Program-made: the position numbers and the translations under genes
In this document: in pieces, positions 13,202-27,316 of the stretch
How the letters are laid out: the number at the start of each line of letters is the position of its first letter
How positions within the stretch are numbered: position 1 is the first letter of the stretch
Notes under the pieces: model-generated
Databases searched by the model: none
What the model saw: the letters and a program-made list of their open reading frames with translations, nothing else
What the model was told of the DNA's origin: nothing
NCBI RefSeq assembly: GCF_964204865.1
Contig: NC_135261.1
Coordinates: 5,456,001 to 5,520,000 of the forward strand
From: Styela clava
Lineage: Eukaryota
Direction of reading: 5' to 3'
DNA length: 64,000 nucleotides

Positions 13202-14371
13202 AATTGTTGCACAAAGTTGTGGGATACCGATGCTAGAGGCCGATGTACCCGCCGTATAGAGCCCTTAAATTATTCTTAAAATTTGAGTAAAGTCATTTCA
13301 AATTCTTCATGATATTTGTCAAAGTATTTGTCATTAAAATTGATTAATGTTAGTGAGCGCATATTTCGAATATGAAGATGATTGTTGCAACAAAGGTGTT
13401 GTGCGAATACCGATCATGTCAGAAGCCGTTGTATCCGGATTAACAACCTTTAAGATTTAGGCTTTCTGATTTACAAACATTTTTGTGTCTATGAGTCGAA
13501 TGTTAGGGTGAAAAATTATACTGTATACTGCGCATATGCAGTGAAGGTTTTAGGTGATGAAATATGGCAAGAATGAGGCATAATAAAAGCTAAGACAGGA
13601 ATTGCAGAAATATTTGATGAAAAATGTATTAATATAATGTACTTGCATAAGTTGCATTCGTGATAGAACTCCGAATATTCGATTTACTTCAGGCATAAAC
13701 GAGGGCGCATATGATCAGAGTATTCATGAAGTCTTTAAAATGTATAAATTGCAAAGGGTATTTATTGATAGTACATAGTTTGTTGGCCCCTGCAAGTGTA
13801 TCTAAATAAGTTGAACAAACACTGTTTAGAATGAAACAAATCTGGGTAAGATTACAAAACTTTATAATCATATCGTGACTTTGTGAACACTCTGTATATT
13901 AGAATATCGCACCTTGGTGATTTGTCCTAACTGCAACTTGTTTACCGATCTGAATACGCTTTTAAAAATGAAGAAAAAGAAAAATTGTTTGTATTTCAGA
14001 GTAATAAAAGTTTTTGTTTGGTTTCTTCGTCTGGACTTTACCAGCCTAATTTAATTACTTTTATCAACTACTAATAGGCATGTTCTATCTGCTGCTTACA
14101 CTTGGTAGAAGCAGAATTTTTCGTAGGATTGCACAGAGATGAATATAACGTGGTTACTACTGTATCACAGTAGATTTTACTGCATTTTTTACTGGGTTTC
14201 ATGCAGAACAAACACGCCTATTCAGTTAAGCATAAAGTGTTGCATTAGAGTAGATGAAGTGTCATCTTATTCCAACAATGAGTTTTGATAAATCTGTGAT
14301 CGTGTGATGTATTTTTTAAGATTAGATCGGGAAATATTATTGTTACTCTTGTTGTTTTATGCATGGAGTTA

Positions 14372-14574
14372 CAGGGTGTCCATAAAATCATAAAATGTTT
14401 TTAAATTGCAAAGGGAATTAATCGATACCATATATTGTTTTGGCTTCACAGATGTATTAAATGAAGTGGAGTAAACAATTACTGATTAAAAAAAGCAAAT
14501 CTGGTGATTGAGATATATTGAGAACTGACTTTATAACAAAATTGAAATTGTAAAGGGAATTTATGGACACCCTG
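14372..14574. mobile_element. Tc1/mariner-type MITE; relatives at about 23546-23750, 36806-36850 and 56785-56950
   Basis: TIRs cagggtgtccataaa / tttatggacaccctg, flanked by TA on both sides. Confidence 0.9.
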
Positions 14575-14809
14575 TATATTAATATGGATGGAAATATTCC
14601 ATTTGTCTTGCTTATTCTGTGTAATCGTTTGCAATGCAATAGGTTAGGTTAAGATATAAAATATTTGTTGGGGAATTTATGGAATAAATTGTTCACAGAG
14701 TGTTATGGGTCGTGACGGTTCTATACAACAGGTCGTGATTGATATTGGGTTCTTATTCTTACAAGGCACTATTAGTTAGATACTATCTTGAGATTTATTT
14801 GTTTGTTAA

Positions 14810-15220
14810 TGCTTCACCTTTTACCCTATCCTAAGCAAACTTAAGATATGCAGAATCAAAGAATTTTTCTTTATATCTTTTCTTTGATTCCATTCATCTT
14901 AGTTCAGGATGAATTAGGTTAGGTCATTGCCCTGCCTTTCAGCATATCCTAACTTAACGTAAGATAAACATGATCAAAGAAATTTTATCTCGTTGTTATC
15001 TGTTTTCTTCAATTTTATCTTAGGTTCGGTTGGTTTAGGTTTGGTTATTATTGCCCCACCCTTTTAACGTTTCTTGACCAAACTTCAGACAGACATAATT
15101 TAAAGAAATTTTGTTGTCTGTTTTCTTCCATTCTGTTTATCTTAAGTTAGGATAGTATAAGTCAGACCCCCACCTACCGACTTGTCTTAACCTATAACTC
15201 TAGAAAATGAATTCGAATAA
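14810..15220. repeat. Degenerate tandem repeat of about 120 bp with internal inverted ttaggtt/cctaac motifs
   Basis: Three to four units of cctaa...aaagaa.ttt...atctta.gtt.gg. Confidence 0.6.
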
Positions 15221-15438
15221 ATTCCAAGGTTTTTATTCTTCAATCAATCAAAGTTACAATTCGTTTTATTATTATGGATGTGAAAGATTACGTGTTCTAG
15301 AAGTCAATTTGTAGTTTACTTTTCATGTTTGTTTATGAACATAAGTATCCGGGATACGATATCGAATTTAGAAAACGTAGCAACTTCCAAATTAAGAGTT
15401 GACGTTTTATTTGTAAGGTTAACCAGTACTCTGCAACG

Positions 15439-15651
15439 GATACTCCCGTAGTGTGTGTACCAGGTTATAGAGTTAAGCCATAATTTTATTCCGATTTTCC
15501 TTATTTTAGTTGTATTACGAGTTCGGGGACTGTCTGTGTTAGACAAGTGAATATACCCCATACCCATAGGTTTCAGTCCCTTTACACTTGATGTAAAGTA
15601 GGCGAACAAAATTAGTTGCTCTCATTTTGGTACACATACTTCTGGATCTCC
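15439..15651 (-). mobile_element. Family B MITE
   Basis: Full length; TSD ctgcaacg/ctgtaacg. Confidence 0.85.
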
Positions 15652-17268
15652 CTGTAACGTACGTTTAGCGTAGACATGGTTTTGTAATTGTGACCTGTTT
15701 TATTCAAGTATATATGACTAAGCAATGTGTTTGAATCGCATTTTCGAGTGCTTTCGTGAGAGCCTATTCTAGCTTGAGTACCCTCGCGTATTTGCTAGGC
15801 ACACTAATAGAAATGGTCAGAAATATGACAAGAATTACAGTGCATACTAGTTTAAAAGTAAGCCAGAGGGACGTATAGACTTGACACATTCAATCGCTGG
15901 TTGCCCAAAACTCAGGAATTGGTGATGTGAAATATAATTGCAAAACTTACAATATCAAAAGTGATGTGAAATCTCTTAATCAGATTTGACAATGTGTATT
16001 TACCGTGAAAAGTATTTAAATTTTTTTAACCAGTTTCTATGACTGACGTCAAAGCTGAGTCAATTATTCTCGTAGTTCCTCGTACTCTTTGATACAAAGC
16101 GCAACAGAGTAAACATTGGTCAATGAAATTTGTGTAATTATTTTGTAATGTAGCTTATGCTAACAGGTTGTGTTTTTTGTATACAGGTAGTTATCAAAAT
16201 GTGTTTAATTAACTATCAGTTGAGGTTACTCGAGACTAACTCCCAATCCTTCCTCAACGCCTTTGCGCTAGTGGATCCGTGTGCGTATAACGCAATGATG
16301 ATGATGTAGCAGGAATAAAAATAATCATACTATGCAAATACATCTGTGTTAGTGTGCAGCAGGACTCTTTATATAAATTGCATAATATGTTTAATCAACT
16401 CGCTTTTCACCGTTATTTTTTAATTGACTGGGAAGCATTGATGGACTGAGAACCTTATAACGAGACATTTTGGAAACAGTCAGGTTGTTCTTGAAGAAGT
16501 CAGACAGTACAAAAAATAAGATTATAAATCGAAGTTTATTTTATCAGTGTCGGCTGAATTTCAGGAAAAGTGGTTGAATTAGGTATTTAAAAAGTCAATA
16601 CCGTATTTCCCCAAAAATAAGACAGTGTCTTATTTTAATTTTCTTTCGATAAAAAATACCACTATGGATTGTTTTGGGGGATGTTTTTTTATTTTCATTT
16701 ACCAAAAACAAAATTACAAAGTAAAAAATTACGAGATTTCAAATATACAAAATATGAAAACCGATATTTACTTATAAATAACACGTTTTTATTTAAAAAA
16801 AATCGTGCTATCGACTAGATCTTATTTTAATGGGAGGGCGTATATTAAAACCATACTTGATATACGTATTCCGAATGTCAATGAAAGAAATTGAGAATGT
16901 AATCGAAGTAAATTTTTTAAAAACTTAGGGCATAGAGCGCTATATGACGTCACATCATGGAATTGTAACGTCATAATACTTTTCGAAGGTATGTACGATG
17001 AAACGGGGGCGAATTTAATATTCGATTTTTCACTCTAATTCACAAAAGTTTCTCTCTGTGATAATAGGAAAACACTCCTCACTATTAAGGTGCATATTTC
17101 TCGCTCCACACTTGGTCTCTTTTAAATATCTCAGTCTTCTTGATAAGTATAAGTAGATTACAGTTACTCAGCACTGTGTGATAATGGATGAACGCGCATC
17201 TCTTTTTCGTGTTTACTCGTGGATGGAAGGTATTTGTCTTTAGTATTCTAATGTTAAAGGCTCTAATG

Positions 17269-17586
17269 CACTGGTTCTCAATCAGTGGGCCATGGCCCAC
17301 TGCTGGGCCATAGAGACATTTTAAAGTGGGCCACAAGTCTATTAAAAATTACTATGGTTATGAAAAAGTTTAGTTTCGTTTGTGTCATTATAGTCACATT
17401 TTTATTGTAGTAGCAATGAATGATGCTGCTGCTTTTCATTCTAATTCTTGAAGTGAAACTATTTTTTTTTGCAAAAATAGTCTTGTTTTTCTTGTAGTTT
17501 TTTTCCTTGCATTAGAACGTTAGTGGGCCACCGAATTTTTATGCAATAAAAGTGGGCCACGAGAGAGAAAAGGTTGAAAACCACTG
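17269..17586. mobile_element. hAT (Charlie-like) MITE
   Basis: Ends cactggttctcaa / ttgaaaaccactg; exact 8-bp TSD ctctaatg. Confidence 0.9.
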
Positions 17587-17876
17587 CTCTAATGCCAGTA
17601 ACTACATTAGACGTAATTAACATATAATGAAACCATTTAGACAATTTTTTGAGAGGGCGTAAACCTAAGTCTTGACATATTCTAAAATAGAGGCGGGGCT
17701 TAAAAGTTTAACCACTGCGTAGGTCGTAATTATGGTTGTAAGCGCTTACTCCGAAGATATCTTCCGTCTTAAAAAGCAATTTGTGCTATTTATCATGCTG
17801 TCATAAGTAGGTGTTCCTCCGAAATGCCGCGTCTTTACCCTTAGATCGAGAAATATTGATAAGAGTCAGTCTACAG

Positions 17877-18288
17877 CAGGGGTCGGCAACCTTTTGTCGC
17901 TCGCGGGCCAAAATAATGGTTGCAAGTCACATATTTTTAGAAAGTTGAAAACCGAACGGATGATACTTTTTATTATGAAAATGAAGCAGTGATACATCTC
18001 TTGAATAGAATATAGATTTATTTCCTCATTGCATTGCATTTTTGGCGCCATTGAACCCTTTGCACTTAGCATCAACTTTCCTACGTTTTGTTGCCAATTG
18101 TTTAATTATAATTAAATTATAGGCTCATTAAACGAGTAATTGGGAATTTTATACTTGTTAGATTATAATATAATGAATTGTCTAACGTAAAAAATATAAT
18201 CGTCAAACAGCTGTTTTGTTACTATAATTCAGGGAAGCGTCGCGGGCCGGATTATGTTACTCCGCGGGCCGTGGGTTTCCGACCCCCG
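17877..18288. mobile_element. hAT (Charlie-like) MITE
   Basis: Ends caggggtcggcaac / gtttccgacccccg; subterminal gcgggcc motifs; TSD gtctacag/gtctacac. Confidence 0.9.
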
Positions 18289-19154
18289 GTCTACACCAAT
18301 ATGTGCATCTCATGTAAATAGGCACGAAGGTGTCATTCTAAGAACCGTGAACATTTTAATTCCCAGTGTTGATGTATTCCACTGGGAATAGGGCGTTTTT
18401 TATATAATGATAGGTATTGAATGGTTTATATTACTAATATTTACAAATAATTCGAACGGAAAATCCAAATTGAATTTGCTTCAGTTTCACCTTGAAATAT
18501 GGCCTGAATCTTGCACACGGTATGATCTATGGTCCATACAAGACCGGGCATTATACTTACCTAACCGCAACAAAACTTATTAATAGGCCTTGTCTTGTTT
18601 TATCCGGTCCATTATGTCTGAGTTTGTAGCCTAAAATAACATATCGGCGGCTTCCTTATGGGATCTAGCTTCCAAAAATTACATGACAAAAAGCATTTTG
18701 ATGTTATTGGGAGCCCTCAGTATTTGCGTGTTGGTAAGTTGTCAGAAAACTTGCGTCACTTAAATAAAATGGGCAAACCTCTTACATCTTTCCATAATTT
18801 ATAAGTGAAAACATAGAATGAATTTTTTTTTAAATTTTTCAATTTTATTCTGGTAAATTCGATCTGTCAAAAAACTGACGTAAACTGACATGCCTTTCCA
18901 TTAACCGTGTCATATTTTTTCAAGGGCAATAACATACTGGAGTACCCAATAATATTATCTACTAGGAGCGTATACTATGACTGGGTCTTATTTCAATTTC
19001 GAAAATAACACTAGGGCTTATTTTTGGGGGATGCAAAGATTTTTGAAGTTCAAATTATGAGATTTTCAAATTTACAAAATATGAAAACTGATACCAATTT
19101 ACTTATAAGTAACACGTTTTTATTTAACATAACTGCTGAACAAAGATTTTTAAT

Positions 19155-19341
19155 GGTTCCATTACATTTGAACCCACGTACATTTGAACCCATGACAATT
19201 GCACCTGTATGCTATTGCACCTATGGAATTTTTTTTATTTCACGGATAGTTAAACCCATACTAACCCTAACCCATGGGTTTTAGCACCCGCATATAAATT
19301 GAACCCGTGGATATACGCATGGGTTCAAATGTACGGTCACC
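19155..19341 (+). mobile_element. Family A MITE nested in a Tc2-like element
   Basis: Same sequence as 24-226 but missing one right-TIR subrepeat; exact 9-bp TSD atttttaat. Confidence 0.9.
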
Positions 19342-19761
19342 ATTTTTAATAATTTAAAACGTGCAAGAGAGATTTCTCGCTATGACTAGGTCAAAAAAAA
19401 TTCGCGATATGGAATAGATCAGCATTTCTTGATCTGGGGGTAAATTTCTTCATTCTTAGTGGTAAATTCCGTTATTGGAAAAAGAGGTTTTGAATAAACA
19501 AAAACCACATAAATTTGCTTGCTTTTCTGAAAGAAATGTTGTGTTATTGGTAAGTTACAAGAAATTGGTAGTAGCCTATTATTATTAGTAGGCCGAAATT
19601 TTCTTTTCTTTCTGTTCATTCCTGAGTTCTTTGTTAGCTCCAACTTCTTGAAAAAATAAATTCTAGCTTATTAGATCAAAATGTTTGAAATGATCGAAAT
19701 ACACCCGTAAATCGACTTTCCCCCTTTCCCCACTGAACTCCACACTCCCAAGAGAGGAGAA

Positions 19762-19876
19762 GGTACTTACGAAGTATGTGAACCAAGATGACGGACACCG
19801 GAACGTAGTATGTGTACCAGGTTAGGGTTAGGTCAGGTACAAATAAATACTACGGGAGTCACTTGGCTAGTCCCCA
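19762..19876. mobile_element. Family C MITE fragment
   Basis: One TIR plus part of the core. Confidence 0.75.
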
Positions 19877-20358
19877 TTCTTGGTTTTTGAATAATATTTT
19901 TTAAAACAATGACCAATGGCAGTATTGGGGGGGGGGGGGGTAAATTTTGTAATCTTGTTTAATAAAGGGGAAAATATTTAAAAAGGTTAAGAACCACTGA
20001 TAGATCCTATTTTAAAAAGAAGGCGTATATTAAAATAAATTTCAAAATTTGGGCTAATTCCTGTTTTCAGGGAAAACACGGTATTCCCACCGCTATATTG
20101 CGCATGGCAAAATTCTTGAGATGTGGTAATTCCGTGCAGTAGTTCAGTAGTAAAGTCAGTGACCGTGAACTTTTCTTTGAGGTAAATATTTGCGGCTGTA
20201 TTACGTGGGATGAGAATCTCATGCATCACGTCAGATTTTACCACGTAGAATCAAAGTAGATAGAACACTGATAAAGAACATGAAGGGCTAGGTATGCAAG
20301 TGAGTAGTTGGTTAGTTTGTAATTAAGAACTAAGTATAGAACACCTACGCCTTGAGAA

Positions 20359-20643
20359 CAATGGTTCTCAAACCTTTTAAGCACTTTTTAGAATTTACCA
20401 AGTCTCGCGCCCACCTCAAAATAACTAGCTAACAATAAGCTATAAATAACAGATGGTAAGGTGAAAGTATGTTATATTAAAATACGACTTGAAAATACGA
20501 AGATGGCATGAACGTAAATATCTAAAATAAAGAAAAATAAATATCCAAAATAAGGCGGGCAATATCAAATCTAACAAATATTTTTAATTAGCCTCACGCC
20601 TCCTCAAAAAATTGTCTGCACTCCCCACTTTTCAGAGCCACTG
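20359..20643 (-). mobile_element. hAT MITE family E
   Basis: Reverse copy with both ends and the core aaataaggcgggcaatatcaaatc. Confidence 0.8.
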
Positions 20644-21470
20644 GCTTAGAATAAAACATTGGTGCGATTTCTTCTCGGCTAAGACGAATTTACGATATGA
20701 GAATCATATTCAAAATGTTTTAGCTATTTTATTGTCGGAAAATATTGTAATTTGTCTGCCCCCTGTTATCTTTCCAGTGGTATTTTTAATGAATATTTTG
20801 ATTGGTTGACTCCAATTCAACAAAGTGAAAACACCCTGTGAAATAACCTTATCAAACAATGAAACTAGGAAGAACGGGGCGTTTACCGCTGCGCTAGGTC
20901 ATTGCACCCTACAAATCATGCTATTTTTGGAATTCCCAATTCCATATACAGAGAGATTGAAAAACAAACGGGGACATAATTTTTTACGCATTATCTTAGC
21001 AGAATGCACGGACTAGTTGTTTTCTTTTTCCCATATGCTTTATGAGTCAATTCCCAAACGAAAAATGAATCACGAATGTCACTTTTTTGCAACATTCCCG
21101 TTTACACTAACAAGCACTTTTTACTATAAACTGTTGGTAAATCTAGTCAAGGTAACTCGGCCCTATTTTAGCCTTTTTTGTTTAAGTTTTCCAATCAGTA
21201 TGTTATCATTAACACTGTTCTTATTTTAAATATAAAAAAAACGTGTTGGCGGGAAAACCCATCGTGACATATTTTGTTACGCATAACAGCATGATAAGAT
21301 TGGCGTGAACACACTTACGCGAAGAAGGGTAAGAGTTACGCATATACGGTATGCGCAAAATCTACGTGGAATCTAATATCTATTATCGAAAGTATTCTAA
21401 AGCTTTTTTGAAGTTCAAATTTTGTGGGGTAAACTGTATTTAAAATTGGATGTTAGTAGTAGGGCTAGAA

Positions 21471-21787
21471 CAGCGTTTCCCAAACCTTCCGTTCGTCGGC
21501 ACCCTTTGGGTAATTTATAGATCGCCCGTGTACCGTCGCTGAAATTGTCTTGCGTGCCGTGATTGGACAGAATAAGTCATGTGAACTGCAAAAAGGGACT
21601 TGATAGTTAGTGTAGTTGTAGTTAAAGCTTCTACTGGGTTGAAAATGCGATTTAATGAGGTTCTCCAAATTATTAACACCATGTTAAAAAATAGTTTAGA
21701 ACAGATTAGAAGTTATGGAAGGAATATACTTATATATACCTAATCGAATGTACCCATTGAAATGTCAAAGTGTGCCCCTGAGCACTG
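21471..21787. mobile_element. hAT MITE
   Basis: Begins cagcgtttcccaaac and ends agcactg; TSD ggctagaa/gtctagac. Confidence 0.65.
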
Positions 21788-21927
21788 GTCTAGACATTTT
21801 AATTCCCATGTGTTGTCGAATATACGAAATAAGAATTATTAATAGGTAAATGCTGGTGCGAACTCAGAAAAGTTAGGCAAGGAAGAAACGCTGATGAAAA
21901 TTCAACATGGTGATGCATTTAAAAATG

Positions 21928-22139
21928 GGCGCTGCCGAAGTGTGCGTACCAATATAGAGGTATCAGATTTTGTTCGCCCACTTTACATCAAGTTGTTTAA
22001 GGGACTGAATCCTGTGGCCAGGGAGTATATTCAATTGGCTGACACAGACAGTCCCCGAACTCGTAATAGAACTAAAATAGGGGAAAATCGGAATAAAATT
22101 ATACCCTAACCTGGTACACATATATACTACGGGAGTATC
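21928..22139 (+). mobile_element. Family B MITE
   Basis: Full length; TSD taaaaatg/aaaaaatg. Confidence 0.85.
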
Positions 22140-22447
22140 AAAAAATGCCCTGCAGCAGTAGCGGGCGAGGTGGTAAAATTAAAAAGCTCTGATTACTACG
22201 GCCATATATAGTTTGGCTTTTTAGTTCGCAATCTAGCTTTTTTGTAGTTATCAATTTAAACAAAGTATATTGAATAATACTTCATTTAGTATATTGTTAA
22301 TTATTAATAAGCTTATATTAAGGCTTAATCCATACATGCATATGAGTATTTTAGGCTCTTTCTTGGCTGGTGTTGTTATTCAAACTGACAGAATGACTCA
22401 TATCGGATTTTTGGTTAACTCAGGCGAGGCTTTGCCATAAATTCCAT

Positions 22448-22920
22448 TTGTATCCTCGTCAATGTACCGCATGTATTCAAATCAAATTTTGTAGAAATAA
22501 AGGATTTCGAAAAATGTGGTTTGGCCATAAATTTGCCCATGACGACCATGAGAGATATATTTCAATGCTATTATATTTTGTCATTGAGGCTGTTCTGCCA
22601 CGAATTGAATTTGTCCCATGCACTTTATGTATTCAAATCAAATTTCGTAGAAACATAGGATTTCGAAAAATGTGGTTTGGCCATAAATTTGCCCATGACG
22701 ACCATGAGAGATATATTTCAATGCCATTTTATTATATGCTATTATATTTTGTCATTGAGACTGTTCTGCCACGAATTGAATTTGTGCTATGCACTTTATG
22801 TATTCAAATCAAATTTCGTAGGAATATAGGTTTTCAAAAAATGTGGTTTGACCATAAATTTGCTTATGAGACATATATTTCAATGCTATTATGGTATATG
22901 CCATTAGATTTCGTCACTAA
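22448..22920. repeat. Tandem repeat, about 2.7 copies, periods 156 and 171 bp
   Basis: atgtattcaaatcaaattt recurs at 22471, 22627 and 22798. Confidence 0.9.
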
Positions 22921-23160
22921 GGTTCAAATATATTATTTTATTTATATCTGTGTGACCCTAATTTAATAATGTAGAGGTGTTACTGACGCACGTATTTTGT
23001 TAACTGTATTTCCCCCGCACGTAAATGGATGGGCGTAATAATTACATTACGATAAACCTAAATTACATAAGTTCAATTGCTACTGCATATATATTCTGGG
23101 AAAATGTATTTATTCAATTTATTTTGAATATTGTCTCAATACTCCAAACACGATAAATAG

Positions 23161-23357
23161 GGTACGTCCGTATTATGTGTACCGGGTTACGGCTAGGCCA
23201 TAATTTTATTCCGATTTTCTTTATTTTAGCGGAATGTCTGTGTTAGCCAAGTGAATATACCCCCTGCCCATAGGTTTCAGTTCCTTTATACAACTTGATG
23301 TAAAGTAGGCGACGAAATTAATTACCTTCATATTGATACACATACTTCTGGAGCGCC
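23161..23357 (-). mobile_element. Family B MITE
   Basis: Exact 8-bp TSD ataaatag. Confidence 0.9.
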
Positions 23358-25071
23358 ATAAATAGTATATCTATAACTCTATTTTTTGCTTGGAAAACTG
23401 TCGTCGTATAGTTACAGAAAAATTGAAGTGATATTTACGTAATTTTCCTCTGTTTAAAATCGGAAATTTGCATATCCGCATTCACATTTTAAAAAGTGTT
23501 TTTGCTCATTTTTGACATATTTGCGATGTGGATGGAAGAAATACATAGTGACCATAAATTCCATTTACAATTTCAATTTTGTTACGGAGCCAGTTCTCAA
23601 TTTATCTTAACCAGGTTTAATGTTTTTAATCAGTAATTGTTTAAATAAATTTACTTCATTTAATACATCAGTGAGGGCCAAAACAATTTATGGTAACGAT
23701 AAATTTCTTTTGCAATTTTATTTTTTTCAAGTCTTTATGGACACCCTATATTGAGTTATCCAAAGTATTTATAATGACGGTGGATTAGGAAATTGTATTA
23801 TATTATTCATAATTTATCAAAATCAGAGTTAGGATTTTTCATGATTGAATAGACTAACAGTAATTCTAATACGGTGGGGCGCGTCCTACAGGGAGGGCGC
23901 AGACAACTTTTTGAGGGGGCGTTAAAAATATTTGTTAGGTTTGATCTTGCCCCCCCCTTTATTTTGGGTATTTACATTTATTTCATTATACACGTCTCAT
24001 CCACGTATTTTCAACCTGTTTTTCGAGCAAAACATTCGCCTTACTATCTGTTATTTGTAGCTTATTGTTAGATTGTTATTTCTAAGGTGGGGAGCGAGAC
24101 TTGAATGCTTGAATTGAGGTAGTAGGGTAATTGAATAAAACAAGACTAAATTTCAGTTAGACGATGTTCTAGTCAGAATTTTGGAAATCCGGTGACGATA
24201 ACCGAACTCGGAGGTAAAGTTTGTATCAACTTGAAAGCGGGGGTGGAGGTTGGAGTCGATTTTTAATTAACTAGAATTTGAGATGGGACTTCTCTCCGAT
24301 TCAGATTGACCAGAAGACATCAAGTGTGTCTTTCAAGGAAGCAGCCAGAGGGGTGAGCGTCGTAACCCCCTTTTTCGGCATCAAACATAGACATTTTTTT
24401 GGTTTGAAACGTTTTTTAGACCCTCAAGACTCCTGAAAGCCCACGCTTCTGTCGTCCAACCATACCCGCTAGCTGTTACTTTCTAACTTTGCCATTGGCT
24501 ACGCCGCTGGTGTCCTTATTTCACTTTTGCTACGTATCATTCATACTTGTGATTCATGGATTTTATATTCATTATTAACTTTAGTTCTGATATAAGTGGT
24601 TCTTAATATCGCACTTCAAACATTGTTATGGAACAATAATCACAACAATACTATACTTTACAAGTGATTCATACGTCAAATATGACCATTGTTTCGTCAG
24701 AACCATTGATCTGAGGTTTCAAATCATAATAGGAAGTAAACATTGCATAGCTTTGGATAAATATACTTTGACTTTTCTTCATCATACTATATACTTGTGC
24801 GTCACTGTAATATGTCGAAATCCAGATTATTGCTGAATTACAATGGCTAATGGTGTAACTGTATTGAAATGACAAATTAATGAAAAGTCTTCCACCGCGA
24901 CCAAGGTTTATAAACTGAAATAGACAGAACCGAACGGAAAATATTTGGTTCCCACCCAAATCAGACCTCACGCCAAGTGGTCCAAAAGCTCCTAAACCCC
25001 CAAAGTAGTTTGATGTACTTCGTGCAATAAATAGATGGCATTTCAAGGTGATGTACTGATAAAGATAAATG

Positions 25072-25306
25072 GGTGCTCCCGAAGTATGCGAACCAAGATG
25101 GCGGACATCGGAACGTAACATGGGTAACAGGTTAGGGTTAGGCCATATTTTTTTCCAATTTTCCTTATTTTAGTCCTATTATCAGTTCGAAGACTAGCCA
25201 AGAGCCTCCCGTAGTATTTATACCTAAAATTATGGCCTAACCCTAACCTAGTACACATATTACATTCCGATGTCCGCCATCTTGGTTTGCATACTTCGGG
25301 AGCCCC
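25072..25306. mobile_element. Family C long-TIR MITE
   Basis: TIRs of about 70 bp (ggtgctcccgaagtatgcgaaccaagatggcggac...ggttagggttaggcc); exact TSD gataaatg. Confidence 0.9.
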
Positions 25307-25794
25307 GATAAATGAAACTTAAATAAACGATATTATGAGTCCTGCTGCACATTCACTGTATTGTTGTAAACTGCTTGTCTGAGAAAGTCTGACTTCGGAT
25401 AGACGAAACGTTACCAAAATATATTTGTTATGGGGGGGGCGGGGCTATTGAATCAAATTGTATAATCTTAATTATTCCTGCTACAGCATCCTTGCAGTAT
25501 ACGCATACGGATCCACTAGCATAAAGGCTAAAGAAGTGATAGGAAATTAATATCGTGCAACTCAATTCAAAGTTCAAAGTAAACAATGATTAAACTAAAA
25601 CGAACCTGGTTAAGATATATTGTACCGCTATGTGAAATAGGGTCGCGGAAGAATATAAACTTGGCCTGCTGTTAAATCAATACTTGGAATCTGTTATTTT
25701 ACCTACAGACAGTTCGTGAGTTTGTGTATTTTAGGAATCCGCGTTGTTTCTGCTAATAGTGCGATGTTGCCCTCTGTAATAACATTGGAATTTC

Positions 25795-25978
25795 GGTACT
25801 CCCGTAGTATGTGTACCAGGTTAGGGTTAGGCCATCATTTTTTTCAGATTTTTCTTACTTTAGTCCCATTAGGAGTTCGGGGCCCATACTGCTCATAGGT
25901 TTTAGTCCCTTTACTGGATGTAAAACAGGCGAACAGAATTAGTTACCTCCATATTGGTACACATTCTTTTGGAGCGCT
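25795..25978 (-). mobile_element. Family B MITE with internal deletion
   Basis: Both TIRs present; TSD ggaatttc/ggaattta. Confidence 0.85.
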
Positions 25979-26568
25979 GGAATTTATAATGACAAAACCC
26001 GGTAGAAAAAATAGTTTTTTTGAAAACTGAAAACTTTCCTTTTTTAATTTATTCCGTTGCTTTTTCATTAAGCTTTCAAAGCTCAATGTTCCATTTTCTA
26101 CCTAAACTTATTATAGTGCAACCTTGATGGACGCTTTTTTGTAGAGAATGATAGCGCCGTTATCCGTAAAATTTATTTTTGAGAGTAGAAACGAATTATA
26201 CGTAAAATAAAATATTCTGTATAGTGAAAATATTTCTGAATTTTGAAAAAAAAAATGTAATTCATTCAAATTCATATCTCAACTTTGACATATTTTGCCT
26301 CGAAATGGTCAAATTTGACTGAAAAATGACTAATATTAGTTAAAGTTGTAACCTCAAAAAACACATTTTCAAAATATATGTTTATTATTCTATTTCCGAA
26401 TGTTTTGAGACTAAAGATGCCAACGTTGGTATTTTTTATGATACGTTTCAACATGTTCACTTTTGTAAGAATAATTCCAGTTCGGGATAGCCTACTTGAA
26501 GCGCAACCTACGTGAGTTAGGTTTAAAGTTATAACGACTTACTTCAGCAGAAACAACATTGAAAAAAG

Positions 26569-26746
26569 GGCGCTCCAGAAGTGTGTGTATCAATATGGAG
26601 GTAACTAATTTTATTCGCCCACTTTACACCAAGTTGTGTGAAGAGACTGAAATCTATGGGCAGGGGGTATATTAACTTGGCTAACACAGACAGTCCCCGA
26701 ACTCGTAATAGAACTACAATAAGGAAAATCGAAATAAAATTATGGC
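26569..26746 (+). mobile_element. Family B MITE lacking its right TIR
   Basis: Matches the consensus up to aaattatggc. Confidence 0.8.
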
Positions 26747-27316
26747 GGAAAAACAACTGTATACTTATCTTTTACGCTTCTTACGTTTACTTTGTGTTAT
26801 AGAATGGAAAAAACTTGACAAGCGTTGTTACCCGGTCGTTATTGGCTTTCAAGATTATGGAACAGCTAGTTATGACGTCTTCACTTTAGTCTCGCCGTTT
26901 CTTTGAAAATGTTTGCTTTCAGAAATGATCTGTATATATTTATATAGCAGTGATTTTCAACCGTAGACAATTGAAGGGAATTGAAAATAACCGTTTGCTA
27001 GATTTGATCTTGCCCGCCTTATTTTGGGTATTTATCATTCTTTTGTGCGTTCCCTCCACATATTTTCAACACGTGTTTTCGTCTTCTATCAGTTATTTGT
27101 AGCTTATTGTTAGCTAGTCACTTTTAAGGTAGGCGCTAGACTTGCCAAATTTGAAAAGGGTTAGGGTAAGCATATGAAGTGGAATTCGTGGTGTGTTTTA
27201 TGGAAAACGTCACGAGAATGGGCAGAATAATCATACGGGTTCAAATTTATGATTAAATGATTATAGCAGGCTTTCTCACACTCAATACCAATCTAGCAAC
27301 AGTAGGGTTATGCAGT

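Larger units (their letters stand above)
18905..20081 (+). mobile_element. Tc2-like MITE expanded by nested insertions
   Basis: Pieces colinear with 42649-42945 and 16601-16850, ending in gaaaacacgg-TA; interrupted by family A, a family C fragment and unassigned DNA. Confidence 0.65.
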
